A stretch of DNA of 64,000 bases from Planctomycetota bacterium (GTDB taxonomy: Bacteria > Planctomycetota > B15-G4 > SIAN01), in assembly GCA_031409275.1 (NCBI GenBank), contig JANNXA010000050.1:1-64000 (forward strand). The letters are read 5' to 3'. Positions 47,823 to 60,015 of this stretch are shown one piece after another (the stretch's first letter is position 1; each line of letters opens with the position of its first letter). The position numbers and the translations under genes are program-made. The notes under the pieces are model-generated. The model was not told the origin of the DNA and ran no database searches. It was given only the letters and a program-made list of their open reading frames with translations.

Positions 47823-48617
47823 TCACCGCGGCACGTCGAGCGCGCGCAGCTGCTCCAACGCGACTTCGCCGTGGAGCCGCTTGCGCCAGTTCTCGGTGAG
47901 GAAGGTCCCGCCGAGGTGGCCGGCGCGATCGAAGAAGAGGATCGCCGGCCGCGCGAGGTCGCCGCCGCGATGGACGTCGGCGCCGGCATGGCGCAACCCG
48001 AACTCATCCACCAGCTTCAACTCAGGATCGGAGAGCAGCAGGAAGGTGATCCCCTCCTGCTTCGCCAACGCGGCAAGTTCGCCCGGCGAGTCCTTGGAGA
48101 CGACGACGACCGTGCCGCCTTCCGCCTCGATCGCGGCGAGAGAGAGCTGCAACACGCGCAGCTCGCGCACGCAGAAGGGTCACCAGAAGCCGCGAACGAA
48201 CGCCAGCACCACCTTCCGGCCGGCGAGGCGGCCGCTGCGCTGCTCCTCCGCGAGATCGAAGGTCGAGCCGTCGGCGGCGGTGCAAGCGATCGCGGGCAGC
48301 GAGCGGCCCGTCACGAGCTTCGCCGCGACGGCGGGCGGCAGCGCATAGGTCGCATCGCGAGTGAAGAGGAAGAAGAGGCCTGTCACTCCCGCGGCGAGCG
48401 TGAGGCAGAGGCCGGCGATGAAGCGATCGGCGCGCAGCGCGCCGGCCGGCGGCCTCAACACCGCGTGCGTGGCCACGGCGAGGCCGACCAGCTGCATCAC
48501 CCACAGCGGCAGGTCGTGCTCGCCGAAGCCTGGGTTCTTCGCCCACCAGCTGAAGTAGCCGAACGTCGCGAGCGCACAGAGCGCAACACCGAAGAGAGCG
48601 CGACCGGTCGCCTTCAT
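47823..48617 (-). CDS. Membrane-anchored AhpC/TSA-type redoxin selenoprotein (UxxC); single gene read through TGA 48180-48182
   Basis: Track ORFs 48180..48617 and 47823..48170 are in the same frame and join as VVLAFVRGFW-TGA-PFCVREL. Downstream VVVVSKD, FLLLSDP, ARPAILFFD. About three N-terminal TM helices. Confidence 0.85.
48144..48164 (-). promoter_or_regulatory. Candidate bacterial SECIS element
   Basis: GAGCTGC-GCGTGTT-GCAGCTC hairpin starting 15 nt 3' of the TGA. The loop begins with G, 22 nt from the TGA. Confidence 0.6.
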
Positions 48618-48627
48618 CGACGGCGGC

Positions 48628-50044
<1,417 letters not shown>

Positions 50045-50052
<8 letters not shown>

Positions 50053-51295
50053 GGTGGCGTTCCTTGCTGACGGTCGGAGGGGCGCCAAGGACCGCATCGC
50101 GCTGCTCGCGCAACTGCGGCGTCATCTCGGCGAAGACGTCGGTGAAGAGCGATTCGAGCGGCGGCTCCTGCCCCGCTTCGGCCGCGCGGATCCCATCCGA
50201 GATCGTCGACTGCAGCTCTTCCTCGATCGCCTCTTCCTTCTCCTTGGTGAGGAGGCCGAGCGCGTGGAGGTGCTTGCGCAGTCGATCGATCGGGTCCTGC
50301 GCTTCCCACTTCTCGACTTCGCAGGCGTCGCGATAGCGGGTCGGATCGTCGGAGGAGGAGTGGCCGAGGCGTCGGTAGGTCAGCGCCTCGATCAGCGTCG
50401 GCCCGCCGCCGCTGCGCGCGCGCTCGACCGCTTTCCTGGTCACGGCCAGCACGGCGAGCACGTCGTTGCCGTCGACGCGCACGCCCGGCATGCCGTAGGC
50501 CGAGGCCTTCGCGGCGATCGAACGGGCCGCGGTCTGCTTGCTGACCGGCACCGAGATCGCCCACTGGTTGTTCTGGCAGAAGAAGACGACCGGCGCCTTG
50601 CGCACGCCGGCGAGGTTGAGCGCGCAGTGGAAGTCATGCTCCGAGGTCGCGCCGTCGCCGAGGTAGCCCATCGCGACGATCGGATCCTTCTTCAGCTGCG
50701 CCGCCATGGCGACGCCGACGGCGTGCATCAGCTGCGTCGCGATGACGCTCGACATGGAAATGAAGTTGGCCGCGCGGAAGCTGTGGTGGCAGGGCATCTG
50801 GCGCCCCTGGCTCACTTCGCTGCCCTTGCCCATGCACTGCGCGATCAGCCGCTCGATCGGCAATCCGCGCCACAGCGCGACGCCCGCCTCGCGCAACGCC
50901 GGCGCCACCCAATCGCGCGCTTCGAGCGCCGCGGCGCTGCCGATGATCGCCGCCTCCTGACCGGTGCACTGGCCGAAGAAGCCGATGCGCCCTTGGCGCT
51001 GCAGGTTCAGCATGCGGCCATCGAGCGCACGGATGCGCAGCATGCCGCGGAAGAGTTCGATCATCTGCTCGGGAGGAACGGACGAACCGCCGGGACCGCC
51101 GACCCACTCGCCATCGGGCGCGAGCAGGCGCAGCGGCGTGTCATCGACCGCGGCGGCGCTCGCGGGCGGCGCTTCGGCGGCGATCGGCGAGCGATCGATC
51201 ACGGGGCCGCCATCGCCACCGTCGCCGGGGTCGTGGCGGCCCGTATCGGACACCGTCTTCTTGGGGTTGCGGCCGCTCACGATCGGCTCGTTCAC
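50045..51295 (-). CDS. 2-oxoacid dehydrogenase E1 alpha subunit (second copy)
   Basis: LQRQGRIGFF, GQEA, GRQMPCH, GDGATSE...NNQWAIS, GHSSSDDP. Confidence 0.93.
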
Positions 51296-52638
51296 AGCGT
51301 GCCGAGCAGGAGGCGGCGCGGATCTTCGAGCAGCGCGAGGATCTCGTTCATGAAGCGCGCGCCGTCAGCTCCGTCGACGATGCGATGGTCGATCGAGACC
51401 GACAGGTTCATCATCTTGCGGATGACGATCGAGCCGTTCCGAACCATCGCGCGATCGGCGATCTTGTGGACGCCGAGGATCGCCACTTCGGGGAAGTTGA
51501 TCACCGGAGTCGCGAGGATGCCGCCGATGTTGCCGGCGTTGGTGATGGTGAAGGTCGAGCCGGTCACTTCGTCGAGCGTGAGCTTGCCTTCACGAGCGCG
51601 TCCGGCGAGGTCCTGCAGCGCGGCGCCGAGGTTCAGCAGCGAGCGCTGACCGGCGTCCTTGATGACCGGCACCACGAGCCCCTGATCCGTGTCGCAGGCG
51701 AAGCCGATGTGGTGGTAGTGCTTGACGACGATTTCCTGGCGCTCTTCGTCGAGCGTCGAGTTCAGCATCGGGAACTTGCGCAGCGCCGCGATGGTCGCCT
51801 GCACGATGAAGGGCATGTAGGTCAGCTTGACGCCGTGCTCGAGCGCGGAGGCCTTCAGCGACTCGCGCGTCTCGACCAACTGCGTCACGTCGCACTCATC
51901 GACGTAGGTGAAGTGCGCCGCGGTGCGCTTGCTCTTCTGCATGCGCTCGAGGATCTTCTTGCGGATGCCTCGCAGCGGCAGGCGCTCCTCGACGGCGGCG
52001 CCAGCGACCGGCGCTGGCGCGCGCGGCGGCGCGGCGCTCTTCGTCGACGCGGCAGCAGGTGCAGCAGCGGACGCCGCCAAAGGCGTGGCGATCGGAGCGG
52101 CGGCGACGGCGGCGATCGGTGCGACCACCGGCGCGCTGCGAGTCCGCGTGAAGGTCTCGAGGTCGGCGCGCGAGACGCGGCCGGCCGGGCCGCTGCCCGG
52201 AACGCTGCGCAGGTCGACGCCAAGCTCGCGCGCGCGGCGACGTACCGCCGGAGCGGCGAGCACGCGCCCGGCAATCAACTGCGCGACCGCGCCGTGGCCG
52301 TTGCTGGCCGCCTGCGCCGCGACGGGCGCGGCCGCTGCGCTGACGGCGGAAGCGGCGGCAGGAGCGGCGGCTTTGCCGTGCGCGCCCACCGGCGCCGCGA
52401 CCTGGGTCGCGATGACGGCGATCACCGTTCCGATCGGGACCGTCGTGCCGGCCGCGACCTTGAGCGACTTGATCGCTCCGCTCACCGGCGCCGTGATCTC
52501 GACGGTCGCCTTGTCGGTCATCACTTCGACGAAGGGGTCGTTCTCCTTCACCGACTGTCCTTCCTGGACCAGCCAGCGCGTGATCTCGCCCTCCGCGAGC
52601 CCTTCGCCGATGTCAGGAAGCTTGAACTCGTAATCCAC
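51292..52638 (-). CDS. Dihydrolipoamide acyltransferase (E2)
   Basis: Lipoyl domain (EVMTDKA), Ala/Pro linkers, subunit-binding domain (APAVRRRARELGVDL), DHRIVDG. Confidence 0.96.
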   Translation of the reverse strand: MDYEFKLPDIGEGLAEGEITRWLVQEGQSVKENDPFVEVMTDKATVEITAPVSGAIKSLKVAAGTTVPIGTVIAVIATQVAAPVGAHGKAAAPAAASAVSAAAAPVAAQAASNGHGAVAQLIAGRVLAAPAVRRRARELGVDLRSVPGSGPAGRVSRADLETFTRTRSAPVVAPIAAVAAAPIATPLAASAAAPAAASTKSAAPPRAPAPVAGAAVEERLPLRGIRKKILERMQKSKRTAAHFTYVDECDVTQLVETRESLKASALEHGVKLTYMPFIVQATIAALRKFPMLNSTLDEERQEIVVKHYHHIGFACDTDQGLVVPVIKDAGQRSLLNLGAALQDLAGRAREGKLTLDEVTGSTFTITNAGNIGGILATPVINFPEVAILGVHKIADRAMVRNGSIVIRKMMNLSVSIDHRIVDGADGARFMNEILALLEDPRRLLLGTL

Positions 52639-52700
52639 GGCAGTCGCTCCATTGCAGGACCGCAGGCGCGCGCGGTCCGATTTCAGATTTCAGAGGTCGA

Positions 52701-53675
52701 TCAGAAGCGGACCACCTTCAGCACCGCCTCGCGGATGCGTCCCGGCTCCGGCAGATAGACGCTTTCGAGCGTGTAGGGGAACGGGGTGTCGAAGCCGGCG
52801 ACCCGCACGATCGGAGCCTCGAGCCACTCGATCGCCTTCTCGGCGAGGATCGCGCTGATCTCGCCGCCGAAGCCGCCGGTCTTCGGCGCCTCGTAGACGA
52901 TGACCGCGCGCCCTGTCTTCTTCACCGATTCGAGGATCGTCTCCTCATCGAGCGGCACGAGCGTGCGCACGTCGATGATTTCGCACTCGATGCCCTCTTC
53001 GGCGCACTTGGCCGCCGCCTTCTCGCACATGCCGACCATGCCGCCCCACGCGATCAGCGTGACGTCCTTGCCGGGCCGCACGAGGCGCGCCTTGCCGAGT
53101 TCGACGACGTACTCGCCCGCGGCGACCTCCTCTTTCAAGGTGCGATAGACCAGCTTCGGTTCCATGAAGAGGACCGGGTCGGGATCGCGGATCGACGCGA
53201 GCAGCAGCCCCTTCGCATCCGACGGCGTCGACGGCACGACGACCTTCAAGCCGGGAGTGTGGGCGAAGTAGGCCTCGGGGCTCTGCGAGTGGTAGTGGCC
53301 GCCGCGAATGCCGCCGCCGATGGGCGTGCGAATCGTCATCGGGACGGTGTACTCGCCGCCCGAGCGGTAGCGCATCTTCGCCGCCTCCGACACGATCTGG
53401 TCGAAGGCGGGATAGATGAAGTCGCCGAACTGGATCTCGGCGATCGGCACGAGGCCGTAGAGCGCCATGCCGATGGCGGCGCCGACGATCCCCGACTCGG
53501 CGAGCGGCGTGTCCATCACGCGGTCGCCGCCGAACTCCTTCCAAAGTCCGGCCGAGCAGCCGAAGACGCCGCCCTTGATGCCGACGTCTTCGCCGAGCAG
53601 CACCACGCGCGGATCACGGCGCATCTCGACGCGCAGCGCGTCGTTGATCGCCTCCACCATCGTCATCACGGCCAT
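52701..53675 (-). CDS. 2-oxoacid dehydrogenase E1 beta subunit
   Basis: GEDVG..GGVF, DTPLAE, EIQF, HSQSPE. Confidence 0.96.
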   Translation of the reverse strand: MAVMTMVEAINDALRVEMRRDPRVVLLGEDVGIKGGVFGCSAGLWKEFGGDRVMDTPLAESGIVGAAIGMALYGLVPIAEIQFGDFIYPAFDQIVSEAAKMRYRSGGEYTVPMTIRTPIGGGIRGGHYHSQSPEAYFAHTPGLKVVVPSTPSDAKGLLLASIRDPDPVLFMEPKLVYRTLKEEVAAGEYVVELGKARLVRPGKDVTLIAWGGMVGMCEKAAAKCAEEGIECEIIDVRTLVPLDEETILESVKKTGRAVIVYEAPKTGGFGGEISAILAEKAIEWLEAPIVRVAGFDTPFPYTLESVYLPEPGRIREAVLKVVRF

Positions 53676-53757
53676 CTTCGTTCGCTCCTGCCATCTGCGG
53701 TCGCGTTCGCCGCGCCCCGCCTCGACTCACCGTTGATCGCGATCCACGATCCGTCCG

Positions 53758-54873
53758 TCAGAGCGGGAACTCGCCGTGATGGCCCTTGCTCATCACGCCG
53801 CGCTGCAGCGCATCCTTCAGCTCTTCCCACTGCGCCTCGAGCTGTTGCGAGCGCTTGGCGAAGACGTCGTCGAACATCGTCGAGACGGCCGGCGGACCGA
53901 CCTTCTCCGCGGCCTCGATCGCGGCCTGCAGTTCCGCCTCGCCGCGCGCGCGGATCTCCTGCTCCTGCGCGGGCGAGAGCATCTTCTGCTGCTCGAGCCA
54001 CGCCTTGAAGCGGTCGATCGGATCGCGCTTCTTCCAGACCTCGCACACCTTCGGGTCGCGGTAGCGCGAAGGATCGTCGGAGGAAGAGTGGCCGCCCATG
54101 CGGAAGGTCACCGTCTCGATCAGCGTCGGGCCCTGGCCGGCGCGCGCGCGCTCGACCGCCTGCTTGGTTGCGGCGTAGACGGCGAGGACGTCATTGCCGT
54201 CGACGCGCACGCCCGGCATCCCGTACGCCTCCGCCTTCGCGGCCATCGTCGCCGACGCGGTCTGCCCTTCGAGCGGCACCGAGATCGCCCAGCCGTTGTT
54301 CTCGCAGACGAAGATGCACGGAGCGGCGTAGACGCCGGCGAAGTTCATGCCGGTGTGGAAGTCGTTCGAGGAGGTCGAGCCATCACCGAAGTAGGTGATC
54401 GCGACGTGCGGCTCCTTGCGGATCTTCATCGCCATCGCCGCGCCGACCGCCTGGATGATCTGCGTGCCGATCGGCGAGGAGATGCTGACGAAGTTCTTCT
54501 TCTTGTAGCTGTAGTGCACCGGCATCTGGCGGCCGCGCGTGTTGTCGGCGGCGTTGCCGTAGCACTGGTGCATCATCTCGGCGACCGAGACACCGCGCAG
54601 CAGGGCGATGCCGGGATCGCGGTAGGACGGGAAGACCCAGTCGGCGGCTTCGAGCGCCGCGGCCGAGCCGATGTGCGACGCCTCCTGGCCCAGCGCCGGA
54701 ACGTAGAAGCCGATGCGTCCCTGCCGCTGCAGCTTCATCGCCCGCTCGTCGAGCTGGCGCGTCAGCACCATCACTCGATAGATCTCGAGCAACTGCTCCT
54801 TCTTCAACGCGGGCGCGGCGTGGTTCGCGGCCGTGCCGCTCTCGGCCATGACCTGGACCAACTCGAGGGTCAT
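53758..54873 (-). CDS. 2-oxoacid dehydrogenase E1 alpha subunit (branched-chain/pyruvate type)
   Basis: LQRQGRIGFY, PSYRD, GRQMPVHY, GDGSTSS...NNGWAIS, GHSSSDDP. Confidence 0.95.
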   Translation of the reverse strand: MTLELVQVMAESGTAANHAAPALKKEQLLEIYRVMVLTRQLDERAMKLQRQGRIGFYVPALGQEASHIGSAAALEAADWVFPSYRDPGIALLRGVSVAEMMHQCYGNAADNTRGRQMPVHYSYKKKNFVSISSPIGTQIIQAVGAAMAMKIRKEPHVAITYFGDGSTSSNDFHTGMNFAGVYAAPCIFVCENNGWAISVPLEGQTASATMAAKAEAYGMPGVRVDGNDVLAVYAATKQAVERARAGQGPTLIETVTFRMGGHSSSDDPSRYRDPKVCEVWKKRDPIDRFKAWLEQQKMLSPAQEQEIRARGEAELQAAIEAAEKVGPPAVSTMFDDVFAKRSQQLEAQWEELKDALQRGVMSKGHHGEFPL

Positions 54874-55841
54874 GCAGACGCTCCTGGAACTTGCGTCGAA
54901 GGGGCGGAAACGGGCACGGGCTGGCCGAGGACCGGCAGCAGCGCACCGCGCGCGCGAAGATGCGATTCAGCAAACAGCTCGCCCGCTTTGTACGAACTGC
55001 GAACGAACGGTCCGGAGGCGACGTGGAGGAACCCGCAGCTCAACGCGAGCTGGCCGAGCACCTCGAAACGGTCCGGCGGCACGAACTCGACGACCGCGCG
55101 ATGCTTCTCGCTCGGTCGCAAGTATTGGCCGAGGGTGAGCAGATCGACGCCGACGGCGCGCAGGTCGCGGAACGTCGCGACGAGTTCGTCCTCGCGTTCG
55201 CCGTGACCGATCATGATCGACGACTTGGTCAGCGCGGCGGGCTGCAGCTCCTTCAGCCGTCGCAGCACCTGCAGCGACTGGTCGTAGCCAGCGCGCGGAT
55301 CGCGGACCGAAGGGGTCAGTCGACGCACCGTCTCGACGTTGTGCGCGAGGACATCGGCACCGCAACCCGCAATCGTCGCGAGCGCGGCCTCGTCGGCCCG
55401 GAAATCAGGGATCAGCGTTTCGACCAGCAGGCCCGGCACATGCGTTTTCACGTGCGCCACCGTGGCCGCGAAGTGACCGGCGCCCTGGTCGGGCAGGTCG
55501 TCGCGATCGACCGACGTCAGGACGATGTAGCGCAACGCCATCTGCTGCACCGCTTCGAGGACCTTCTGCGGCTCCTCGACATCGACCGGTTCGCCGCGCC
55601 GCGCCGTCTTCACCGAGCAGAAGGAGCAGCCGCGCGTGCAGAGTTCGCCGAGCAACATGAACGTGGCGGTGCCGCCGCTCCAGCACTCGGAAAGGTTGGG
55701 GCAGCGCGCCTCTTCGCAGACGGTGGTCAGGCGCAACCCCTCGACCAGCGAACGGAGCTTCCGGTAGCGCTCGCCGGTGGGCGGGCGGATCTTCAACCAC
55801 TCCGGCAGCGTCGCGTGAGTCGCCAGGAATTCCTCGCCCAA
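54870..55841 (-). CDS. lipA: Lipoyl synthase
   Basis: CEEARCPNLSEC (CX4CX5C), CTRGCSFC, HNVETV, GQYLRP, RSSY. Stop overlaps the E1-alpha ATG. Start uncertain (no ATG). Confidence 0.95.
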   Translation of the reverse strand: MGEEFLATHATLPEWLKIRPPTGERYRKLRSLVEGLRLTTVCEEARCPNLSECWSGGTATFMLLGELCTRGCSFCSVKTARRGEPVDVEEPQKVLEAVQQMALRYIVLTSVDRDDLPDQGAGHFAATVAHVKTHVPGLLVETLIPDFRADEAALATIAGCGADVLAHNVETVRRLTPSVRDPRAGYDQSLQVLRRLKELQPAALTKSSIMIGHGEREDELVATFRDLRAVGVDLLTLGQYLRPSEKHRAVVEFVPPDRFEVLGQLALSCGFLHVASGPFVRSSYKAGELFAESHLRARGALLPVLGQPVPVSAPSTQVPGASA

Positions 55842-56256
55842 CCCCCGGCCGCAGCACGCCCTTCGATCGGGGCGCCGGAAAACCGCGTCGTTCTTCCAGA
55901 AAGTGTTATCCAGCAACCACTTACGTAAATGCTGGAAGGGCGCGGCAGTTTACCGACCGAGCCCCGGGATTCAAGGTGAGCGCGGCCACCGCCAGCCCGC
56001 TCCGAGGCGGCACGGTAACCCCTCGAGGGAGCGATCCGCGCGCTCCGCCATTCCGAGATGCGCAAAGCCGCACAATCAGGGTCGCGTGAACCCTTGACGC
56101 CGCGGGCCCTCCCCGGGGGAAGTTCCGTTCCAGGAACCGCTCGCGAAACCTCCAATCGGTGGTACGGCATTCGTACAGCAGTTCACGCGTCGGCTTGGCG
56201 CCGACCCGGGGGATTGGAAAGAAGACGAGGAGTGGAAGGAAGACGGGGAGAACGCC

Positions 56257-57360
56257 GTGTCTGCGCTCACTGTCCGAAGCGGGCTCTCCAACGAGCTCTG
56301 CGCACGACTTGAAGTCGCACTCGCTCACGGCTGCGTCGGCCGCGACGAGCTCGATGGCTGGTTGGCCAGCCTCCATGAGGAACGCTTCGAGAGCGAGCTC
56401 TCAGATCTGGTCGAAGCGCTCGGGACCGTGGCCGTCGCGATGACGGTGCCGAACCTCGACGGTGCACCGCCCCACGGGCTGCCCGGACAGGGCCGCATCT
56501 CGCGGCGCTATCTCAATGAGCTCGACCGCTATCCGACCATGGACCGAGCGCAGGAGGTTGCGGGCGCCAAGCGGCTCGAGTTCGCGCTCGAGCGCTGCGC
56601 CGCTGCCGACTTCCGTCCGCCCTCGATCCGCGCGGCGCGCCGCACCGAGTACCAGCTCGCGTTCAACGAATTCGTCGAGCGCAACCTGCACATCGTCGTG
56701 TCGGAGGTCTACAGCTACCGAACCTACGCGGTCCCGCTCGATGACCTCGTGCAGGAAGGCAACGCGGCGCTGATGCACGCCGTTGAGAAGTTCGATTGGC
56801 GCAAGGGGGTCCGCTTCCGGACCTATGTCGCCTGGTGGATCCGCCAGGCCGTCGAGCGCCACCTCGCCTCGGCAAAGGGCGCCGTCCGCGTTCCCCACCA
56901 CCTGCAACAGAAGCTTCGCCGTCTGAAGCGGCAGGGACGCCTTCCCGGCGGCTTCGATCAATCGACCAGCGTCGCCGACGTTGCCGCCGCGTTCGAGGTC
57001 GACCACGAACAGGCGGGCCACCTCGTCGAGTCGAGCCGCGCCAGCATGTCGCTCGAACAGGAGGTCGACGACGGCGGTGAACGGTTCCGCGACCTGCTCG
57101 CCGCCGATTGGGAGCCGCGCGATTCCGACCGCGACCAGAACCTGAAGAACCGCATCTCCCATCTGCTGACCGAACTCGAGCCGCGCGAGCAGACGGTGCT
57201 GCGACTCCGTTTCGGGCTCGACGGGACGAAGGCGAAGACGTTGGAAGAGATCGGCAGCGCGCTCCACCTGAGCCGCGAACGCAGCCGGCAGATTCAGCAA
57301 GCCGCGCTGATCAAGCTGAGGGCGCGTGCCGGCTCGACTTGCCTCGAAGACGAGATCTAG
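56257..57360 (+). CDS. Sigma-70 family (RpoD/RpoS-like) alternative sigma factor
   Basis: DLVQEGN..LM.AVEKFD, TYVAWWIRQA, VRVP, LRLRFGL, TLEEIG..LSRER.RQI. Confidence 0.9.
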   Translation: MSALTVRSGLSNELCARLEVALAHGCVGRDELDGWLASLHEERFESELSDLVEALGTVAVAMTVPNLDGAPPHGLPGQGRISRRYLNELDRYPTMDRAQEVAGAKRLEFALERCAAADFRPPSIRAARRTEYQLAFNEFVERNLHIVVSEVYSYRTYAVPLDDLVQEGNAALMHAVEKFDWRKGVRFRTYVAWWIRQAVERHLASAKGAVRVPHHLQQKLRRLKRQGRLPGGFDQSTSVADVAAAFEVDHEQAGHLVESSRASMSLEQEVDDGGERFRDLLAADWEPRDSDRDQNLKNRISHLLTELEPREQTVLRLRFGLDGTKAKTLEEIGSALHLSRERSRQIQQAALIKLRARAGSTCLEDEI

Positions 57361-57449
57361 CCTCGACGCCAACGCCCGCCCTCGACTCACCGACGTGCGC
57401 CGGGCATCTTGTCGGCCCCCGCTTCTCGTGGGGCCGGGAGCTGCCAGGC

Positions 57450-58283
57450 GTGCCTCTCACCCAAGTCTCCGCCCGCTTCTTCCTCGAACTGGCGCTTGGC
57501 CTGTTCGTCGCGTTGGCCGTGATCGATCGCAAGGCGATCGGTCCCGGATTTACGCGCCTCATGACGGCGTTCGTGCTCGCGACGCTGATTCCGGCGTGGC
57601 TGCTGGCGCGAGCGGGCGCGACGCCGCCGCCCGCCGCGTGCACCTGGCTCAGCGCGGGGCTGCTTGCCGCGACGCTGCTGCTCCTGGTGGGCGCGGGACG
57701 ATTGGGGCCCCTGATCGAGCGACTCGTGGTCGCGGGCGGCGTCGCAGCCGGCGGCGGCGCGATGTTGCTCGCCGTGCAGCACGGATTGCACCTCGAAGCG
57801 GCGAGTCACTCCGCGCTGCAGCTCGCCTCGAGCGCGGCTTCGATGGCGGTCCTCGGCGGCGTGACGGGCGCCATGATCTTCGGCCACTGGTATCTGGTGA
57901 CGCCCGATCTGCCCGTGGCTCACCTCAGTCGGTTGACGGCTTTCGCCACCGTCGCCGCCTACGTGAAGCTCGGCCTGTTGCTCGCGACGATCGCGCTCTT
58001 CCCCGATCGGTTCGGCGGTGCCGGCCGCTCGCTCCTGGCCATCGTCGGCATCGGCGACGCGGACGGTGCGCCGTTCCAGACTCAGCTCGACTTCCTGTGG
58101 CTCCTGGCACGCATCTTCATCGGCCTGATCGGACCGGCCATCCTCGGCCACATGACGCTCGCCACCCTTCGTCTCAAGGCGACGCAGCCGGCCACCGGCA
58201 TCCTCTACGCCGCGACGGTCATGGTGCTGATGGGCGAGCTCTTCGCTTTCGTCGGCGAGCGCAGCTTCGGCGTCGTGGTCTGA
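57450..58283 (+). CDS. Polytopic membrane protein of unknown function (GHWYL motif)
   Basis: About 8 TM helices; AMIFGHWYLVTP and QPATGILY motifs. Confidence 0.75.
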   Translation: MPLTQVSARFFLELALGLFVALAVIDRKAIGPGFTRLMTAFVLATLIPAWLLARAGATPPPAACTWLSAGLLAATLLLLVGAGRLGPLIERLVVAGGVAAGGGAMLLAVQHGLHLEAASHSALQLASSAASMAVLGGVTGAMIFGHWYLVTPDLPVAHLSRLTAFATVAAYVKLGLLLATIALFPDRFGGAGRSLLAIVGIGDADGAPFQTQLDFLWLLARIFIGLIGPAILGHMTLATLRLKATQPATGILYAATVMVLMGELFAFVGERSFGVVV

Positions 58284-58299
58284 ACGGAGGCGCGCGTCG

Positions 58300-58803
58300 A
58301 TGGCGGCCACGGTCTCCTTCCCCTGCCCGAAGTGCCAGGCGCCGATCGAGCGGCCATTGCCCGATCCCGCCCCTACGCCGTGCGCTGGATGCGGCCACGC
58401 GATCGAGCTCCATCGCGAAGCGATCGTCGACGACGCGGTCCACGCCTGTCCGGCGTGCGGCGAACCGCTGCTCTACAAGCAGAAGGATTTCCGCCAGGCG
58501 ATCGGCTGCCTCGTCGTCGTGGTCGCGGCGATCCTCGCGCCCTTCACCTACTACGTGAGCCTCGGCGTCGCGGCGCTGATCGACCTCGCGCTCTATCGGC
58601 TCTCGGACGAGGTCGTCATCTGCTACCGCATCCCGTGCAAGGCGCACGTACGCGGCATCGCGGCGGGCAGCAAGGTGGGCGCCTTCGACCTGTCGATCCA
58701 CGACTACTACCGCATGCTGGCACGCCGCGCCGAGCAGGGCCTTGCGGGGCCCGACGACGCCACCGGCCCGCCGCTCGACGCCGCCTCGCACCACCGCCAC
58801 TGA
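58300..58803 (+). CDS. Zinc-ribbon membrane protein
   Basis: CPKC, CAGC, CPAC, then two TM helices, then CYRIPC. GGAGG RBS. Confidence 0.75.
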   Translation: MAATVSFPCPKCQAPIERPLPDPAPTPCAGCGHAIELHREAIVDDAVHACPACGEPLLYKQKDFRQAIGCLVVVVAAILAPFTYYVSLGVAALIDLALYRLSDEVVICYRIPCKAHVRGIAAGSKVGAFDLSIHDYYRMLARRAEQGLAGPDDATGPPLDAASHHRH

Positions 58804-58918
58804 CCCATCGTCGCGGTTCCGTTCCGTGGCGGGCGGCAGAGCCGATCGGTCGCCGATACCATTCCGCGGCACCGCGAGCGGCACACCGCCGCCGCCTTCC
58901 GCTCGGAGCTGCTCTCGC

Positions 58919-59986
58919 ATGCGATCGTCGGGCCTTGCCGAGGAACTCGTCCGCCACCACGCCGTGATCGATGCCGGCGCCCCGCTTCCGAAAGTGCTCC
59001 ACTTCGGAAACCCCGCCGCCGAAGCGCGCGCCGCGTTCGCGCACGGCGTCGTTCGCGATCAGTCGGCGCGTGCGCGCCTGCTGGTGCGCGGCAAGGATCG
59101 CCACGACTTCGTGCAGCGCATGTGCACCAACGACGTGAAACGCGTGACCGACGGCGTCGGCATCGCCGCCGCGTTCACGAATGCGAAGGGGCGCCTCCTC
59201 GACCTCGTGCGGATCGGCGAGCGCGGCGAAGAGCTGCTGCTGCTCGGCAGCGACGGTCAGGCGGCACCCTTCAAGCTGTGGCTCGAGAAGCACGTCGTGA
59301 TGGAGGAGCTCGCCATCGAGGACGCCGCCGATCGCGACGCCTCGCTGATGGCGTTCGGGCCGCAGGCCGAGGCCGCGGTGACCAGCGTGCTGGGATCGGT
59401 GCCGGCGCACGTCGAAGGCGCGTTCCGCGTCCTTCATCGGCCCTTCGAAGGAGCCGAGGTGATGGTGCTCGGCGCCGGTGCGCCGCCGCTCCAGACGATC
59501 GAACTGATCGCGCCGGCGGCGATCGCCGGAAAGCTCTTCGCGCGTCTCGTCGCGGCGGGACTCGCGCCGATGGGCGAAGAGGCGTGGAGCCAGGTGCGGA
59601 TCGAGGCCGGCATCCCGCTGCACGGGCGTGAGATCCAGGAGAACGCCAATCCGCTCGAAGCCGCGCTGCTTGGCGCCGTCTCGTTCCAGAAGGGGTGCTA
59701 CATCGGCCAGGAGGTCGTTGCGCGCCTCAACAGCTACGCCAAGGTGCAGCGCCACCTCGTGGGAGTGCGCTTCCCGGAGAGCGTCGACCCCGCCTCGGTG
59801 AACGAGATCTTCTGGGACCTGCTTCGAATCGGCAACGCGACCAGCGCCACGCGCTCGCCACGCCTCGGTGCGACGGTCGCACTGGCCTTCGTGAAGAGCG
59901 AGTATTCGAAGCCGGGGACGCCGGTCTACACCGTCCGCGCCGGCGAGCACCTGCCAGGCACGCTATGCGAGGTACCGTTTCACTGA
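58919..59986 (+). CDS. ygfZ: YgfZ/GcvT-family folate-binding Fe-S assembly/repair protein
   Basis: Signature KGCYIGQEVVAR; RIEAGIP. Confidence 0.9.
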   Translation: MRSSGLAEELVRHHAVIDAGAPLPKVLHFGNPAAEARAAFAHGVVRDQSARARLLVRGKDRHDFVQRMCTNDVKRVTDGVGIAAAFTNAKGRLLDLVRIGERGEELLLLGSDGQAAPFKLWLEKHVVMEELAIEDAADRDASLMAFGPQAEAAVTSVLGSVPAHVEGAFRVLHRPFEGAEVMVLGAGAPPLQTIELIAPAAIAGKLFARLVAAGLAPMGEEAWSQVRIEAGIPLHGREIQENANPLEAALLGAVSFQKGCYIGQEVVARLNSYAKVQRHLVGVRFPESVDPASVNEIFWDLLRIGNATSATRSPRLGATVALAFVKSEYSKPGTPVYTVRAGEHLPGTLCEVPFH

Positions 59987-60015
59987 GCGCCGCGCGCGCT
60001 CCGAAGGAGTTCCCC

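Noticed and set aside
47823..48617. Two separate small genes or a pseudogene
   Set aside because: The TGA falls exactly at the redox Cys position, in frame, with a SECIS-like hairpin. Sec read-through is the simpler explanation, pending confirmation of sel genes.
55893..55938. AT-rich inverted repeat (TCCAGCA...TGCTGGA) between lipA and the sigma gene as a dif site or operator
   Set aside because: No convincing match to a known site. It may be regulatory, but I cannot support a call.
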